Shown here: positions 1 through 8,329 of the stretch, piece after piece
Layout of the letters: each line of letters opens with the position of its first letter
Position numbering within the stretch: the stretch's first letter is position 1
Assembly: GCF_000017305.1 (NCBI RefSeq)
Contig: NC_009664.2
Coordinates: 1,920,001 to 1,952,000 of the forward strand
Direction: 5' to 3'
Origin: Kineococcus radiotolerans SRS30216 = ATCC BAA-149
GTDB lineage: Bacteria; Actinomycetota; Actinomycetes; Actinomycetales; Kineococcaceae
DNA: 32,000 nt
The notes under the pieces: model-generated
What the model was told of the DNA's origin: nothing
Database searches by the model: none
Seen by the model: the letters and a program-made list of their open reading frames with translations, nothing else
Translations under genes and position numbers: made by a program

Positions 1-1274
1 CCAGACCCGCTCGTCCCGTCGCCGTCTCCCTCGCGCTGCTCGCCCTGGTCCTGGGGCCCGGCTCCGCGGCCCGCGCCGTGGAGGCCCCTCCCGCGGACGG
101 GACCGGTGTCGTCGTCGACGCCCTGCGCTGGGTGGACGGGGAACCGCAACTGGAGACCCGCACGGCCACCGACGCCCGCTCCGCCGGGCGGGTGGTGCGG
201 GAGCTGGAGGCCGACCCCGACGTGACCTCCGCCCAGGTGCGCACGACCTACCGCCTGGACCCCGTCGGCGCCGGGACGCTGCCCGAGCGCACCCTGCTGG
301 CCAGCGACCCGTACCTGTCGTACGCGTACCACCTGGACTCCGTCCACGCCTACCCGGCGTGGACGACGACGAGGGGTGCCGGCCTCACCGTCGCCGTCCT
401 CGACTCCGGCGTCGACGCGACCCAGCCCGACCTCACCGACCGCGTCCGCGACGGCGGGAACTTCGCCGAGGGCACCGACATCGGCGAGCACGGCACCGAG
501 GTCGCCACCGTCGTCGCCGGGGCGTACCGCAACGCCCACGGCGCAGCCGGAGTCGCCCCCGAGGTGGAGATCCTCGCCGTGCGGGTCTGCACCCCGCTCG
601 GCTGCCCCAGCAACGCCGTCGTCGAGGGCATCGCCGCCGCCGTCGACGCCGGCGCCGACGTGCTGAACCTGTCCCTGGGCGGGGAGACCTACAACCGCAC
701 GACCGCCGCAGCGGTCGCCTACGCCATCGGGAAGGGCGTGGTCGTGGTGGCCTCGGCCGGGAACTCCGGGGACCAGGGCAACCCGCTGGAGTACCCCGCC
801 TCCTACCCCGGCGTCGTCTCCGTCTCGGCCTCCGCCCGCGACGGGAGCGCCGCGCCCTGGGCCCAGCACAACGACCTCGTCGACCTCAGCGCCCCCGGGG
901 AGGCCATCCCCGCCGGCGAGCCCGGCAGCGCCGGCCGGTACCCCTACGTCCCGGTCTCCGGCACGTCGTTCTCGGCGCCGCAGGTCGCCGCCGCGGCGGC
1001 CCTGGTGCGCGCGGTGGCCCCGCGGGCCACCGTCGCCGAGGTCGAGGCCGTGCTGCGCTCCACCACCACCCCGCAGTCCTGGGGCCCCGGCTACGGCACG
1101 GGCATGCTCGACGTCGCCGCCGCCGTCGCGAAGGCCCGGACCACCGCCGCGGCGACGGCACCCGCGCCGACCACGACGCCCGCACCCGCACCCACCACGA
1201 CCACGCCCGCCCCGGCCGTCACCGTCACCCGCGGCGCGCGCAGCGCCCGCCCGGTCCCCGTCGTCCGGCCCTGA
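1..1274 (+). CDS. Secreted subtilisin-like serine peptidase (MEROPS S8); 5-prime end lies outside the window
   Basis: ORF track 78..1274. The same frame stays open back to base 3, and the upstream residues (..VAVSLALLALVLGPGSAARA) read as a signal peptide, so the true start is left of the window. Catalytic motifs are VAVLDSGVD (Asp), HGTEVATVVAG (His) and SGTSFSAPQVAAAAALV (Ser). The C-terminal tail is Pro/Thr-rich. Confidence 0.9.
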   Translation, partial: RPARPVAVSLALLALVLGPGSAARAVEAPPADGTGVVVDALRWVDGEPQLETRTATDARSAGRVVRELEADPDVTSAQVRTTYRLDPVGAGTLPERTLLASDPYLSYAYHLDSVHAYPAWTTTRGAGLTVAVLDSGVDATQPDLTDRVRDGGNFAEGTDIGEHGTEVATVVAGAYRNAHGAAGVAPEVEILAVRVCTPLGCPSNAVVEGIAAAVDAGADVLNLSLGGETYNRTTAAAVAYAIGKGVVVVASAGNSGDQGNPLEYPASYPGVVSVSASARDGSAAPWAQHNDLVDLSAPGEAIPAGEPGSAGRYPYVPVSGTSFSAPQVAAAAALVRAVAPRATVAEVEAVLRSTTTPQSWGPGYGTGMLDVAAAVAKARTTAAATAPAPTTTPAPAPTTTTPAPAVTVTRGARSARPVPVVRP

Positions 1275-1278
1275 CCCG

Positions 1279-1297
1279 CGCCGCCTTGAAGGCGGCG
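1279..1297. terminator. GC-rich hairpin between convergent genes (possible bidirectional terminator)
   Basis: CGCCGCC-ttgaa-GGCGGCG sits in the 25-bp gap between the stop at 1274 (+) and the stop at 1300 (-). There is no U-tract. Confidence 0.45.
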
Positions 1298-1299
1298 TC

Positions 1300-2199
1300 T
1301 CAGACGGCGATGTCGACGCAGAACAGCGGGCGGGGGTCCTGCAGCAGCGCCGGCGGCCTGACGTCGGCGCGGGCGGCCCGCCCGCCCCAGCGCACCCGGC
1401 GCCGGTGGCGGGCCGAGACGCCCTTGCGGGCGTCGAACTCGTACTCGCCGACGACCTCGCCCAGCAGCAGCGCCTGCTCGCCCTCGATGGGCAGCGCCAC
1501 CTCCGTCCCGGGCGCCAGCTCGTGGACGAAGGTGTCCAGCACCCGCAGCGCCTTGCCGGGCCGCTTGCCGGGCGAGACCTCCTTCAGCAGCTCCCGCAGC
1601 GACGTGCCCTCCGCCGCGCCGCGGACGTCGACGTCGATGCCGGAGTCCACCCCGAGCCCGACGACCCCGTCGGCGAGGAACTCCCCCGCGGTCGCCGGCC
1701 CGGCCGGGCGCACCACCCACACCAGCCGCCCCGCCGAGCGCACCGGCGGCTCCAGCGACGGCGGGTCGGGCCACACGTAGTCCAGGTCGTCGGGTTCGGC
1801 GTCCCCGAACAGCGGCCGGTAGGTGGCGGGGTCCTTGCGCAGCAGCGCCGAGCGGTGGCTGCGGTGCACCGCCTCGTCGCCCAGCCACGGCGGCATCAGG
1901 TCCGCGAGCTCGGCCTGCGCGCGCCCCACCACCTCGGGCGCGAACTCCGCGATGAGGCGCCGGGTCGAGTCCGCCCGCCCCGTCGTCGTCCAGGCGTCGA
2001 CGACGGCGAGGCCGTAGGCCACCAGCGCCGGGGTGCACCCGCGCCACATCCGGACCGCGGGGTGGTTCACCCAGCCGTAGTCGGGCAGCTCCAGCGCCCG
2101 CAGCACCTGCAGGGTCTCCACCCGCTGCTTGCCCAGCCGCGGCCCGTCGAGGACGGCTGCGGAGCGGGCGAAGTCGGGGTACGGGAGGAACGTCTGCAC
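1300..2199 (-). CDS. Endonuclease V / pyrimidine-dimer-glycosylase-like protein (MSMEG_6728-type N-terminal module) fused to an uncharacterised C-terminal module
   Basis: This is the C-terminal 300 codons of track ORF 1300..3279. I place the start at the in-frame GTG at 2199-2197 (VQTFLPYPDF...), because further upstream the frame is Arg/Gly-rich noise that overlaps the dehydrogenase gene. The N-terminal pattern FLPYPDF..S...LD..RLGKQRVE..Q.L..L....GW.NHPA..MW.G matches the bacterial T4-endoV-like family as I remember it. The C-terminal ~135 aa has no assignment. Confidence 0.7.
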   Translation of the reverse strand: MQTFLPYPDFARSAAVLDGPRLGKQRVETLQVLRALELPDYGWVNHPAVRMWRGCTPALVAYGLAVVDAWTTTGRADSTRRLIAEFAPEVVGRAQAELADLMPPWLGDEAVHRSHRSALLRKDPATYRPLFGDAEPDDLDYVWPDPPSLEPPVRSAGRLVWVVRPAGPATAGEFLADGVVGLGVDSGIDVDVRGAAEGTSLRELLKEVSPGKRPGKALRVLDTFVHELAPGTEVALPIEGEQALLLGEVVGEYEFDARKGVSARHRRRVRWGGRAARADVRPPALLQDPRPLFCVDIAV

Positions 2200-2240
2200 G
2201 GACCCACCGTGGCGCGGGGGGCACGCCCCCGCACCTCGGG

Positions 2241-3158
2241 TCAGTACCCGCGCTCGGGGTCGACCAGCCCCAGCAGCTCCTCGCCCGCGGCGAAGCGGCG
2301 GACGTTCTCGGCGACCCGCTCGGCCAGCGCGGCCACCTGCAGCGGGGTCGGGTTGGTGGAGTGCGGGGTGATGATGCAGCGCGGCTCGCTCCACAGCGGG
2401 TGCCCGTCGGGCAGCGGCTCGGGGTCGGTCACGTCGAGGGCGGCCCCGGCGATGGTGCCCTCGGCGAGGGCGCTCACGAGGGCGTCGGTGTCGACGAGGG
2501 AGCCGCGGGCGATGTTGACCAGCCAGCCCTGCGGGCCGATCGCCGCGAGCTGCTCGGCCCCGACCAGCGCCTTCGTCTGCGCGGTGGCGGGCGCGGCGAG
2601 CACGACGTGGTCGGCGGCGGCGAAGACCTCCCCGACGCGGTCGGCGGGCAGGGTGCGCGCGGCCCCCTCCACGGGCAGGCCGCGGCGGGTGACGGCGAGG
2701 ACCTCCGCGCCCAGGGCGACGAAGGCGGGGATCATCGCCGAGCCGATCCCGCCGGCGCCCACGACCGCGATCGTGGAGCCCCGCAGGCTCGTCTGCGCCG
2801 CGTCGAGGATGGCGTGGTCCCAGGTCGTGAGGCGCGCGGCGCGCCCGATGCCGCGGACCCCGGCCAGCAGCAGCGCCACGGCCCCCTCGGCGACGGCGTG
2901 CGAGTAGGCCCCCGTCGCCGAGGTCCAGGTGCGCGAGGAGTCCACGACCCCGGACTCGACCCAGGCCTCGATGCCGGCGGAGGGCAGCTGCACCCAGCGC
3001 ACGGCCGCGGGCAGCTCGGGCAGGTCGCCGTGCCCGCCGCTGACCACCACGGCCTCGGCCTCGGCCAGCGCGACGACCCGCCCCCCGCCGCGCTCCACGG
3101 CCTCGACCAGCTGCGGGTTCTCCTGCGGTCCGACGAAGACGGCGGGGGTGGTGGGCAT
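2241..3158 (-). CDS. D-isomer-specific 2-hydroxyacid dehydrogenase family, NAD-binding
   Basis: Track ORF 2241..3158. Rossmann motif VVGAGGIGSAMIP; catalytic region LVNIARGSLVD...ALDVTDPEPLP..HPLW....IITPH. AGGAG lies 6 nt upstream of the ATG at 3158. Confidence 0.9.
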   Translation of the reverse strand: MPTTPAVFVGPQENPQLVEAVERGGGRVVALAEAEAVVVSGGHGDLPELPAAVRWVQLPSAGIEAWVESGVVDSSRTWTSATGAYSHAVAEGAVALLLAGVRGIGRAARLTTWDHAILDAAQTSLRGSTIAVVGAGGIGSAMIPAFVALGAEVLAVTRRGLPVEGAARTLPADRVGEVFAAADHVVLAAPATAQTKALVGAEQLAAIGPQGWLVNIARGSLVDTDALVSALAEGTIAGAALDVTDPEPLPDGHPLWSEPRCIITPHSTNPTPLQVAALAERVAENVRRFAAGEELLGLVDPERGY

Positions 3159-3211
3159 CGGGCTGCTCCTGGCGGGTCGGCGCGGGCGGTCGCGCCAACC
3201 CTAGGGTCCGG

Positions 3212-3580
3212 CTAGCGGCCCAGCAGCTTGGCCCACAGCCGGGCGAGGAAGCCCTTCGCGGGCGGCGCGACCGGTGCATCCTCGACGGGCGCGGGGGCGG
3301 CGACCGGCGCGGGGGCCGCGACGGGCGCCGCGACGGGGGCGGGGACCGGCGCCGGGACGGGGGCGGGGACCGGGGCGGGGGCCGGTGCCGCGACGGGTGC
3401 CGCGACGGGCTCCTCGTGCCCGCGGCCGGGGGCGGTCAGGGTGCCCCGCAGCTCCTGGTCGGGGGTGTAGCCGCTCTCCCCGAGGATGGAGGCGGCGTAG
3501 AGCAGGGCGGACGCCTGCACGGGCGCGACGGTCTGCGCGCCGCGGACCGCGGTGTCCGGGTTCTCGTCGATCGTGGACAT
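3212..3580 (-). CDS. Hypothetical protein with a Pro/Ala/Val repeat linker and a C-terminal amphipathic helix
   Basis: Track ORF 3212..3640. I prefer the internal ATG at 3580 (MSTIDENP), which is preceded by GGGGAGA. GC3 is high in this frame. The C-terminus is KGFLARLWAKLLGR. Confidence 0.6.
   Translation of the reverse strand: MSTIDENPDTAVRGAQTVAPVQASALLYAASILGESGYTPDQELRGTLTAPGRGHEEPVAAPVAAPAPAPVPAPVPAPVPAPVAAPVAAPAPVAAPAPVEDAPVAPPAKGFLARLWAKLLGR
3284..3409 (-). repeat. In-frame tandem (P-A/V) short repeats inside CDS 3212..3580
   Basis: This stretch encodes PVAAPVAAPAPAPVPAPVPAPVPAPVAAPVAAPAPVAAPAPV. The DNA reads as reiterated ggggc(g/c)gg(g/c)ac(c/g)gg units. Confidence 0.8.
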
Positions 3581-3722
3581 GCGGGTGTCTCCCCGGGGTG
3601 GCGGGCGGTCGCCCCGACGGTGACCGCGTGCTCGGGGCATCGACCCGCGGGCCGCGGCGCTGGAGCCGGGGGACCGGGGACCACCCGGACGGACGCGCCG
3701 CGGCCCCCGTCATCCTTCCCCG

Positions 3723-4328
3723 ATGGACACCTCGGCGCTCAGCCACGCCTTCACCATCGCCCTGCCCGCCTGGGTCGACGACGAGCTCGCCGACGTGCCG
3801 GCCGTGCTGCGGACCCGGGAGGAGCGGATGGCCCTGGTCCACCGCCTCGCCGGCCGCAACTTCCGCGAGGGCAACGGCGGCCCCTTCGCCGCCGTCGTCG
3901 CCGACAGCGGTTCCGGCGAGATCGTCTCGGTGGGCGTGAACGTCGTCCTCTCCACCGGCATCTCCTCCGGCCACGCCGAGGTCGCGGCCCTCGGCCTGGC
4001 CCAGGTCCGCACCGGCTCCTGGGACCTCGGCGCCGACGGCGCCCGCCGCGAGCTCGTCGTGAACTGGCGCCCGTGCGCCCAGTGCTACGGCGCGACGCTG
4101 TGGTCGGGGGTGCGCACCCTGGTCGTCGCCGGGTCCGGTCCCGAGCTGGAGGAGATCACCGGTTTCGACGAGGGTCCCGTCCGCGAGGACTGGGCCGCGC
4201 AGTTCGAGGCCCGCGGCATCGCCGTGGTCTCCGACGTCCTGCGCGAGGAGGCCCTGGCGGTCTACCGCGACTACGCCGCCCACGTCGCCGCCACCGGCGC
4301 GACCGTCTACAACGCCCGCACCGACTGA
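3723..4328 (+). CDS. Nucleoside / CMP-dCMP-type zinc deaminase family protein
   Basis: Track ORF 3723..4328. Zinc-binding signature HAEVAAL ... PCAQC is spaced as in the cytidine/guanine deaminase superfamily. Confidence 0.85.
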   Translation: MDTSALSHAFTIALPAWVDDELADVPAVLRTREERMALVHRLAGRNFREGNGGPFAAVVADSGSGEIVSVGVNVVLSTGISSGHAEVAALGLAQVRTGSWDLGADGARRELVVNWRPCAQCYGATLWSGVRTLVVAGSGPELEEITGFDEGPVREDWAAQFEARGIAVVSDVLREEALAVYRDYAAHVAATGATVYNARTD

Positions 4329-4382
4329 CCGCGCCCCGCCGGGCGGTCCTCAGGCCCCGGGGCCGGTGGCCGATGGGGGGAG

Positions 4383-5219
4383 GTGCGCGCACCCGAGTCG
4401 GAGGAGCTGCGCCCCGGCGACTTCGTGAAGGTGCGGGGCACGGCGAACCCCGCCCACCACGGCGGGAAGGCCGTCGTCGTGGCCGTGCACCGCTCGGCGG
4501 GACCGCCGTGGCGGGTCGTGGCCGTCGACGTCCGCTACTCCGCGCGCGGGCACGCCCTGCGCGTGGACCTGGCCGAGGCGGGCGAGCTCGCCCGGTGGGA
4601 CACCCCCTGGCAGGCCGAGCACACCGTCGAGGACGCCCCGCACGAGTTCCTCAGCCCCGGGGTGGCCGACGCCGCCCGGCCGCTGCCGCGCCGGGGGGTC
4701 GCCGCCGCCGTCCTCGCCGTCGTGGCCGTCGTCGCGGTCCTGGGCGTGTGGGAGGCCCGGCGCCCCGTCGCGCCGAACCCGGTGCTCGTGCAGCGCGCCC
4801 TGCAGGAGGGCGTCCGCGGCACCGGCACCCCCGGCGCGGGGACGCCGACGCCGTCGGCCACGGCGACGACCCGCCGGGCCGCCTCGGCCACCGTCGTCGC
4901 CTGGGCCGCGGGCCCGGTGCCCGTCGTCTCGGGCGTCGACGGCGAGGTCCGGACGCCGCTGGCGGGGATCGTGCCCGCCGAGGGCTGCCGCGACGCCTAC
5001 GTGCGGGACCTGCTGTCGCACCTGCCGATCGGGCAGGGCGTCGACGTCTCCGGGGCCGGCTGGTACCGCACCGACGACGGGCTGGACGTCAACGCGGAAC
5101 TGGTCCGGACCGGGGTCGCGGTCCCCGACCCGGCCACGGCCGGGACCGGCGCGAGCGACGCGGAGAACCTCAGGACGGTCCAGGACCTCGCCGCGGACGC
5201 GCCGTCCGGCTGCCGCTGA
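4383..5219 (+). CDS. Single-pass membrane protein with a possible SNase/thermonuclease-like C-terminal domain
   Basis: Track ORF 4383..5219, with very high GC3. Central TM segment GVAAAVLAVVAVVAVLGVW. The C-terminal pattern V.DGE.......IV.AE........L......G..V........D.....DVNAELVRTG.A loosely resembles the staphylococcal-nuclease fold. The start is uncertain because the RBS-like GGGGGGAG directly abuts the GTG. Confidence 0.55.
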   Translation: MRAPESEELRPGDFVKVRGTANPAHHGGKAVVVAVHRSAGPPWRVVAVDVRYSARGHALRVDLAEAGELARWDTPWQAEHTVEDAPHEFLSPGVADAARPLPRRGVAAAVLAVVAVVAVLGVWEARRPVAPNPVLVQRALQEGVRGTGTPGAGTPTPSATATTRRAASATVVAWAAGPVPVVSGVDGEVRTPLAGIVPAEGCRDAYVRDLLSHLPIGQGVDVSGAGWYRTDDGLDVNAELVRTGVAVPDPATAGTGASDAENLRTVQDLAADAPSGCR

Positions 5220-6396
5220 CCTCCACCAGCGCCGCCTCGACGAGGTCGCCGACGACGGCGGGCGAGTAGTGCCGCTCGACGTGGGCCCGGGCCCGCGCGG
5301 CGAGCTCCCCGCGCAGGTCCAGACCGCGCAGCACCGCGGCGGCGAGGTCGCCGGGCGCGGTGGACGCCGCGACGGTGCGGGGGTCCAGGGAACCGGCGAC
5401 CTCGGGGTTCGCCCCGACGGGGGTCGCGACGACGGGGACGCCGCTGGCGAACGCCTCGACGGTGACGATGCCGAAGCCCTCCATCTCCAGGGTGGGCAGC
5501 ACGAACAGGTCCGCCGCCCGGTACAGCTCCGGCAGGTCCTCCTCGGCGACGAAGCCGGGGAACACGACGGCGTCGGCGACGCCGAGCTCCGCGGCGCGCC
5601 GGCGCAGGTCGTCGGCGAGGTAGCCGGTGCCGCCGACGACGAGCTGGAGCCCGGGGTGCGCGGCCCGCAGCGCGGGCACGGCGGCGAGGAGGTTCTCCAG
5701 GCCCATGCGCCGGACGAGGCGGCGCACGGTGAGCAGCACCGGGGACCCGGTCAGCCCGAACCTCTCCCGGGCCGGGCCGGCGGGGCCGGGGGCGAACCGG
5801 GGCAGGTCCACGGCGAGGGGGACGACGTCGACCCGGCCCCGGGCGCCGGGGTGCACCTGCTGCAGCAGCCCCCGGACGTACCCGCTGGTGGCGAGGGTCC
5901 GCGCGCAGCCGTCGACGGCGGCGAGCTCGGCGCGGCGGGTCAGGTCGGCGACGACCCCGGACGCGGCGCGCGCGAACGGGTACTTCCCGCCCGCGGCGTC
6001 CAGGCGCACCTCCAGCGAGGACGGGGCGTGGAAGCGGAACACGGCGCGCTCCCCCAGCCCGGCCCGGACGGCGGCCAGGGCGTGGAAGGTGGAGTGGACG
6101 TAGACGGCGTCGAAGCCCTCGCGCGCGTCGAGGGCGCGCAGCCAGGCCGGGACCTGGAGGGTCGTCGTCAGGGGGTGGGCGTAGTAGGCGCGGCTGCCGC
6201 GCGCGGGGGCGGGGTGGCGCAGCAGCCGGTAGTGCCCGCGGTCCTCCGCGAGGGGCTGCGCGCGGTCGTGGCGGCGGACGAGGACGGTGACGCGGTGACC
6301 GCGGCGGGCGAGCTCGTCGACCTCGACGAGGACGGAGGAGGCCACGCCGCCCCGGTGCTCCGGCGGCACCCCGTCGGTGATCACGAGCAGGCGCAC
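5170..6396 (-). CDS. Glycosyltransferase family 4 (GT-B, retaining type)
   Basis: This is the C-terminal 409 codons of track ORF 5170..8022, starting at the GTG at 6396 (VRLLVITDG...). GT4 hallmarks: an N-terminal GG..... motif (PEHRGGVASSV), and EMEGFGIVTVEAFASGVPVVAT containing the E-x7-E motif. Confidence 0.9.
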   Translation of the reverse strand: MRLLVITDGVPPEHRGGVASSVLVEVDELARRGHRVTVLVRRHDRAQPLAEDRGHYRLLRHPAPARGSRAYYAHPLTTTLQVPAWLRALDAREGFDAVYVHSTFHALAAVRAGLGERAVFRFHAPSSLEVRLDAAGGKYPFARAASGVVADLTRRAELAAVDGCARTLATSGYVRGLLQQVHPGARGRVDVVPLAVDLPRFAPGPAGPARERFGLTGSPVLLTVRRLVRRMGLENLLAAVPALRAAHPGLQLVVGGTGYLADDLRRRAAELGVADAVVFPGFVAEEDLPELYRAADLFVLPTLEMEGFGIVTVEAFASGVPVVATPVGANPEVAGSLDPRTVAASTAPGDLAAAVLRGLDLRGELAARARAHVERHYSPAVVGDLVEAALVEVSGSRTARPRRGPGPS

Positions 6397-6459
6397 GGGG
6401 GCAGCCTGCCAGACGCGGCCCGCCGCGCCGCGTCCGCCGGCCCCGGGGACAATGGTCCG

Positions 6460-7686
6460 ATGACTTGGGTCCCGCCGTCGCCGGTCGTCGCGGACGGGGT
6501 GTCGATCACGGGGACGGGGGCGGGGTCCGGGGTGGTGCTGGACGAGGTCCTGCTGCGGGCCCTGCGGGCGGTGCAGCAGGCCGTGTGCATCTCGGACGTG
6601 TCCCTGCCGGACGAGCCGGTGGTGTGGGTGAACGACGCGTTCACCCTCACCACCGGCTACCTGGCCGCGGAGGCCGTGGGCCGCAACTGCCGGTTCCTGC
6701 AGGACGGCCTGAGCGAGCGGGGTCACGACACCACCCGCCCGGCGGCGCGGATCCGGGCGCTGCTGCGCGAGCGCCGCTCGGGCACGGTCGTCATCCCGAA
6801 CCGGCGCCGCGACGGCTCGGTCTTCCTCAACGAGCTGTCGCTGTCGCCGCTGACCGAGCCGGACGGCAGCGTGCGCTACTACGTGGCGGTGCAGCGCGAC
6901 GTCACCGCGCGCGTCGAGGCCCAGAACGCGCGCGACAACGCGCACGCCGAGGCCCGGGCGCTGGCCGACGAGCTGCAGCGCCACCTCGTGCCGCACCGGC
7001 TGCCCGAGGTGCCGTGGCTGGACGTCGCCGTCCGCTACCAGCCCGCGACCCGCCCGGACGGGACCCGGGGCGAGGTGAGCGGGGACTTCTACGACCTGCG
7101 GACGCTGCCCGACGGGGAGGTCGTGGCCGTCATCGGCGACGTCTCCGGCCGCGGGCCGCGGGCGGCGGCGGCGACGGCGGCGCTGCGCTGGGCGGTGCGG
7201 GGGGCGGCCGGTGCGACGAGCGAGCCGGCGGCGCTGCTGAGCCTGGTCTCCGATGCGGTGCAGGACGCCCTCGACGAACGCTTCGCCACCGTCGCGGCGC
7301 TGCGGCTGCGGCGGGCCGCGACGGAGGCGACGGTCGCCCTGGCGGGTCACCCCCAGCTCCTGCTGCTGCCCGCCGACGGCGAGCCGCGGTTCGTGGGGAC
7401 CCCGGGCACGCTGCTGGGTCCCTTCCCCGAGGTCGAGCTGCACGACGCGGTGGTGGACCTGCCCCCGGGGAGCTCGCTGCTGCTCTACACCGACGGGGTG
7501 ACCGAGGCCGCCGACGCCTCGCACCGGTTGCTGGGCGAGGACGGGCTGCTGGCCGCGGTGGCGGGGCTGACGTCGCGGCGCTCCGACGACGTGGCCGACG
7601 CGGTGCTCGCGGCGGTGGCCCGCCACGTGGGCGAGGGCCCCACCGACGACCTGACGCTCATGGTCGTGAGCCGGCGCCCGGGCTGA
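6460..7686 (+). CDS. LOV-domain (flavin blue-light sensor) fused to a PP2C/SpoIIE-type serine phosphatase
   Basis: Internal ATG at 6460 of track ORF 5269..7686 (MTWVPPSP). LOV core: CISDVSLPDEPVVWVNDAFTLTTGY...GRNCRFLQ...NRRRDGSVFLNELSLSPL...YYVAVQRDVT. The adduct-forming Cys codon is at 6688..6690. PP2C/SpoIIE part: SGDFYDL, VIGDVSGRG, LLLYTDGVTEA, DDLTLMVV. Confidence 0.9.
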   Translation: MTWVPPSPVVADGVSITGTGAGSGVVLDEVLLRALRAVQQAVCISDVSLPDEPVVWVNDAFTLTTGYLAAEAVGRNCRFLQDGLSERGHDTTRPAARIRALLRERRSGTVVIPNRRRDGSVFLNELSLSPLTEPDGSVRYYVAVQRDVTARVEAQNARDNAHAEARALADELQRHLVPHRLPEVPWLDVAVRYQPATRPDGTRGEVSGDFYDLRTLPDGEVVAVIGDVSGRGPRAAAATAALRWAVRGAAGATSEPAALLSLVSDAVQDALDERFATVAALRLRRAATEATVALAGHPQLLLLPADGEPRFVGTPGTLLGPFPEVELHDAVVDLPPGSSLLLYTDGVTEAADASHRLLGEDGLLAAVAGLTSRRSDDVADAVLAAVARHVGEGPTDDLTLMVVSRRPG

Positions 7687-8266
7687 GCCGGGCGCGCAGC
7701 AGCGCGAGGGCGGCGTCGACGGTGCGCGCGGCCTCGGCGGGGTCGACGCGGGCGAGGACCATCGCGCTGAGGACGCTCGCGGTGCACAGGGTGGCGAGCT
7801 GCCCGGCCTCCTCGGCCGGCAGCCCGGGGAGGTGGGCCGCGACACCGCGCGCGAGGGCGGTGTGCAGCTCGGCGCGGTAGCCGAGGACGGCCCCGGCGAC
7901 GGCCTCGTCACGGCCGATGGGTGAGGTCGCGGCGTTGAGCAGCAGGCACCCGCTGCGCAGGGCCGGGGCCCGGCCCTCGGCCAGCACCGTCCGCACCCCG
8001 TGCAGGTAGGCGGGCAGCGCACCCGGGTCGACGGGGTCGAGGGTGAGCGGGCGCAGCCGGGGCCGGACGACCTCCTCGAGGTAGCTGCGCACGGCGGCGT
8101 CGAACAGCCCGCGCTTGCTGCCGAAGGCGTGGTAGAGGCTGGAGCGCCCGACGCCGGTGGCGGTCTCGAGGTCGGGGACGGACACCCCCTCGAAGCCGCG
8201 CTCCCAGAAGAGGGCGCGCACCGCGCGCACGACCTCGTCGGTGTCGAACGTCTGCACTCGTCCCAC
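7658..8266 (-). CDS. TetR/AcrR-family transcriptional regulator
   Basis: C-terminal part of track ORF 7658..8554. Start at the GTG at 8266, preceded by GAGGAG. HTH region FWERGFEGVSVPDLETATGVGRSSLYHAFGSKRGLF. The 3-prime end overlaps the LOV gene by 29 bp in convergent orientation. Confidence 0.85.
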   Translation of the reverse strand: MGRVQTFDTDEVVRAVRALFWERGFEGVSVPDLETATGVGRSSLYHAFGSKRGLFDAAVRSYLEEVVRPRLRPLTLDPVDPGALPAYLHGVRTVLAEGRAPALRSGCLLLNAATSPIGRDEAVAGAVLGYRAELHTALARGVAAHLPGLPAEEAGQLATLCTASVLSAMVLARVDPAEAARTVDAALALLRARLSPGAGSRP

Positions 8267-8297
8267 GTCGCTCCTCGCTCCCGGGGAGAAGCCTATA

Positions 8298-8315
8298 GTG
8301 GAACGACCGTCCCAC
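8298..8315. promoter_or_regulatory. Imperfect palindrome in the TetR / DUF1304 divergent intergenic region (candidate TetR operator)
   Basis: GTGGAACGACCGTCCCAC matches its own reverse complement at 14 of 18 positions. It lies in the 63-bp gap between the divergent starts at 8266 and 8330. Confidence 0.4.
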
Positions 8316-8329
8316 AGAACGGAGCGCCC

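Noticed and set aside
3284-3409. Short-period repeats here and at ~28940..29165 that might be mistaken for a CRISPR or other non-coding array.
   Set aside because: The units are 6-12 bp, contiguous with no spacers, and in frame within ORFs encoding Pro/Ala/Val linkers.
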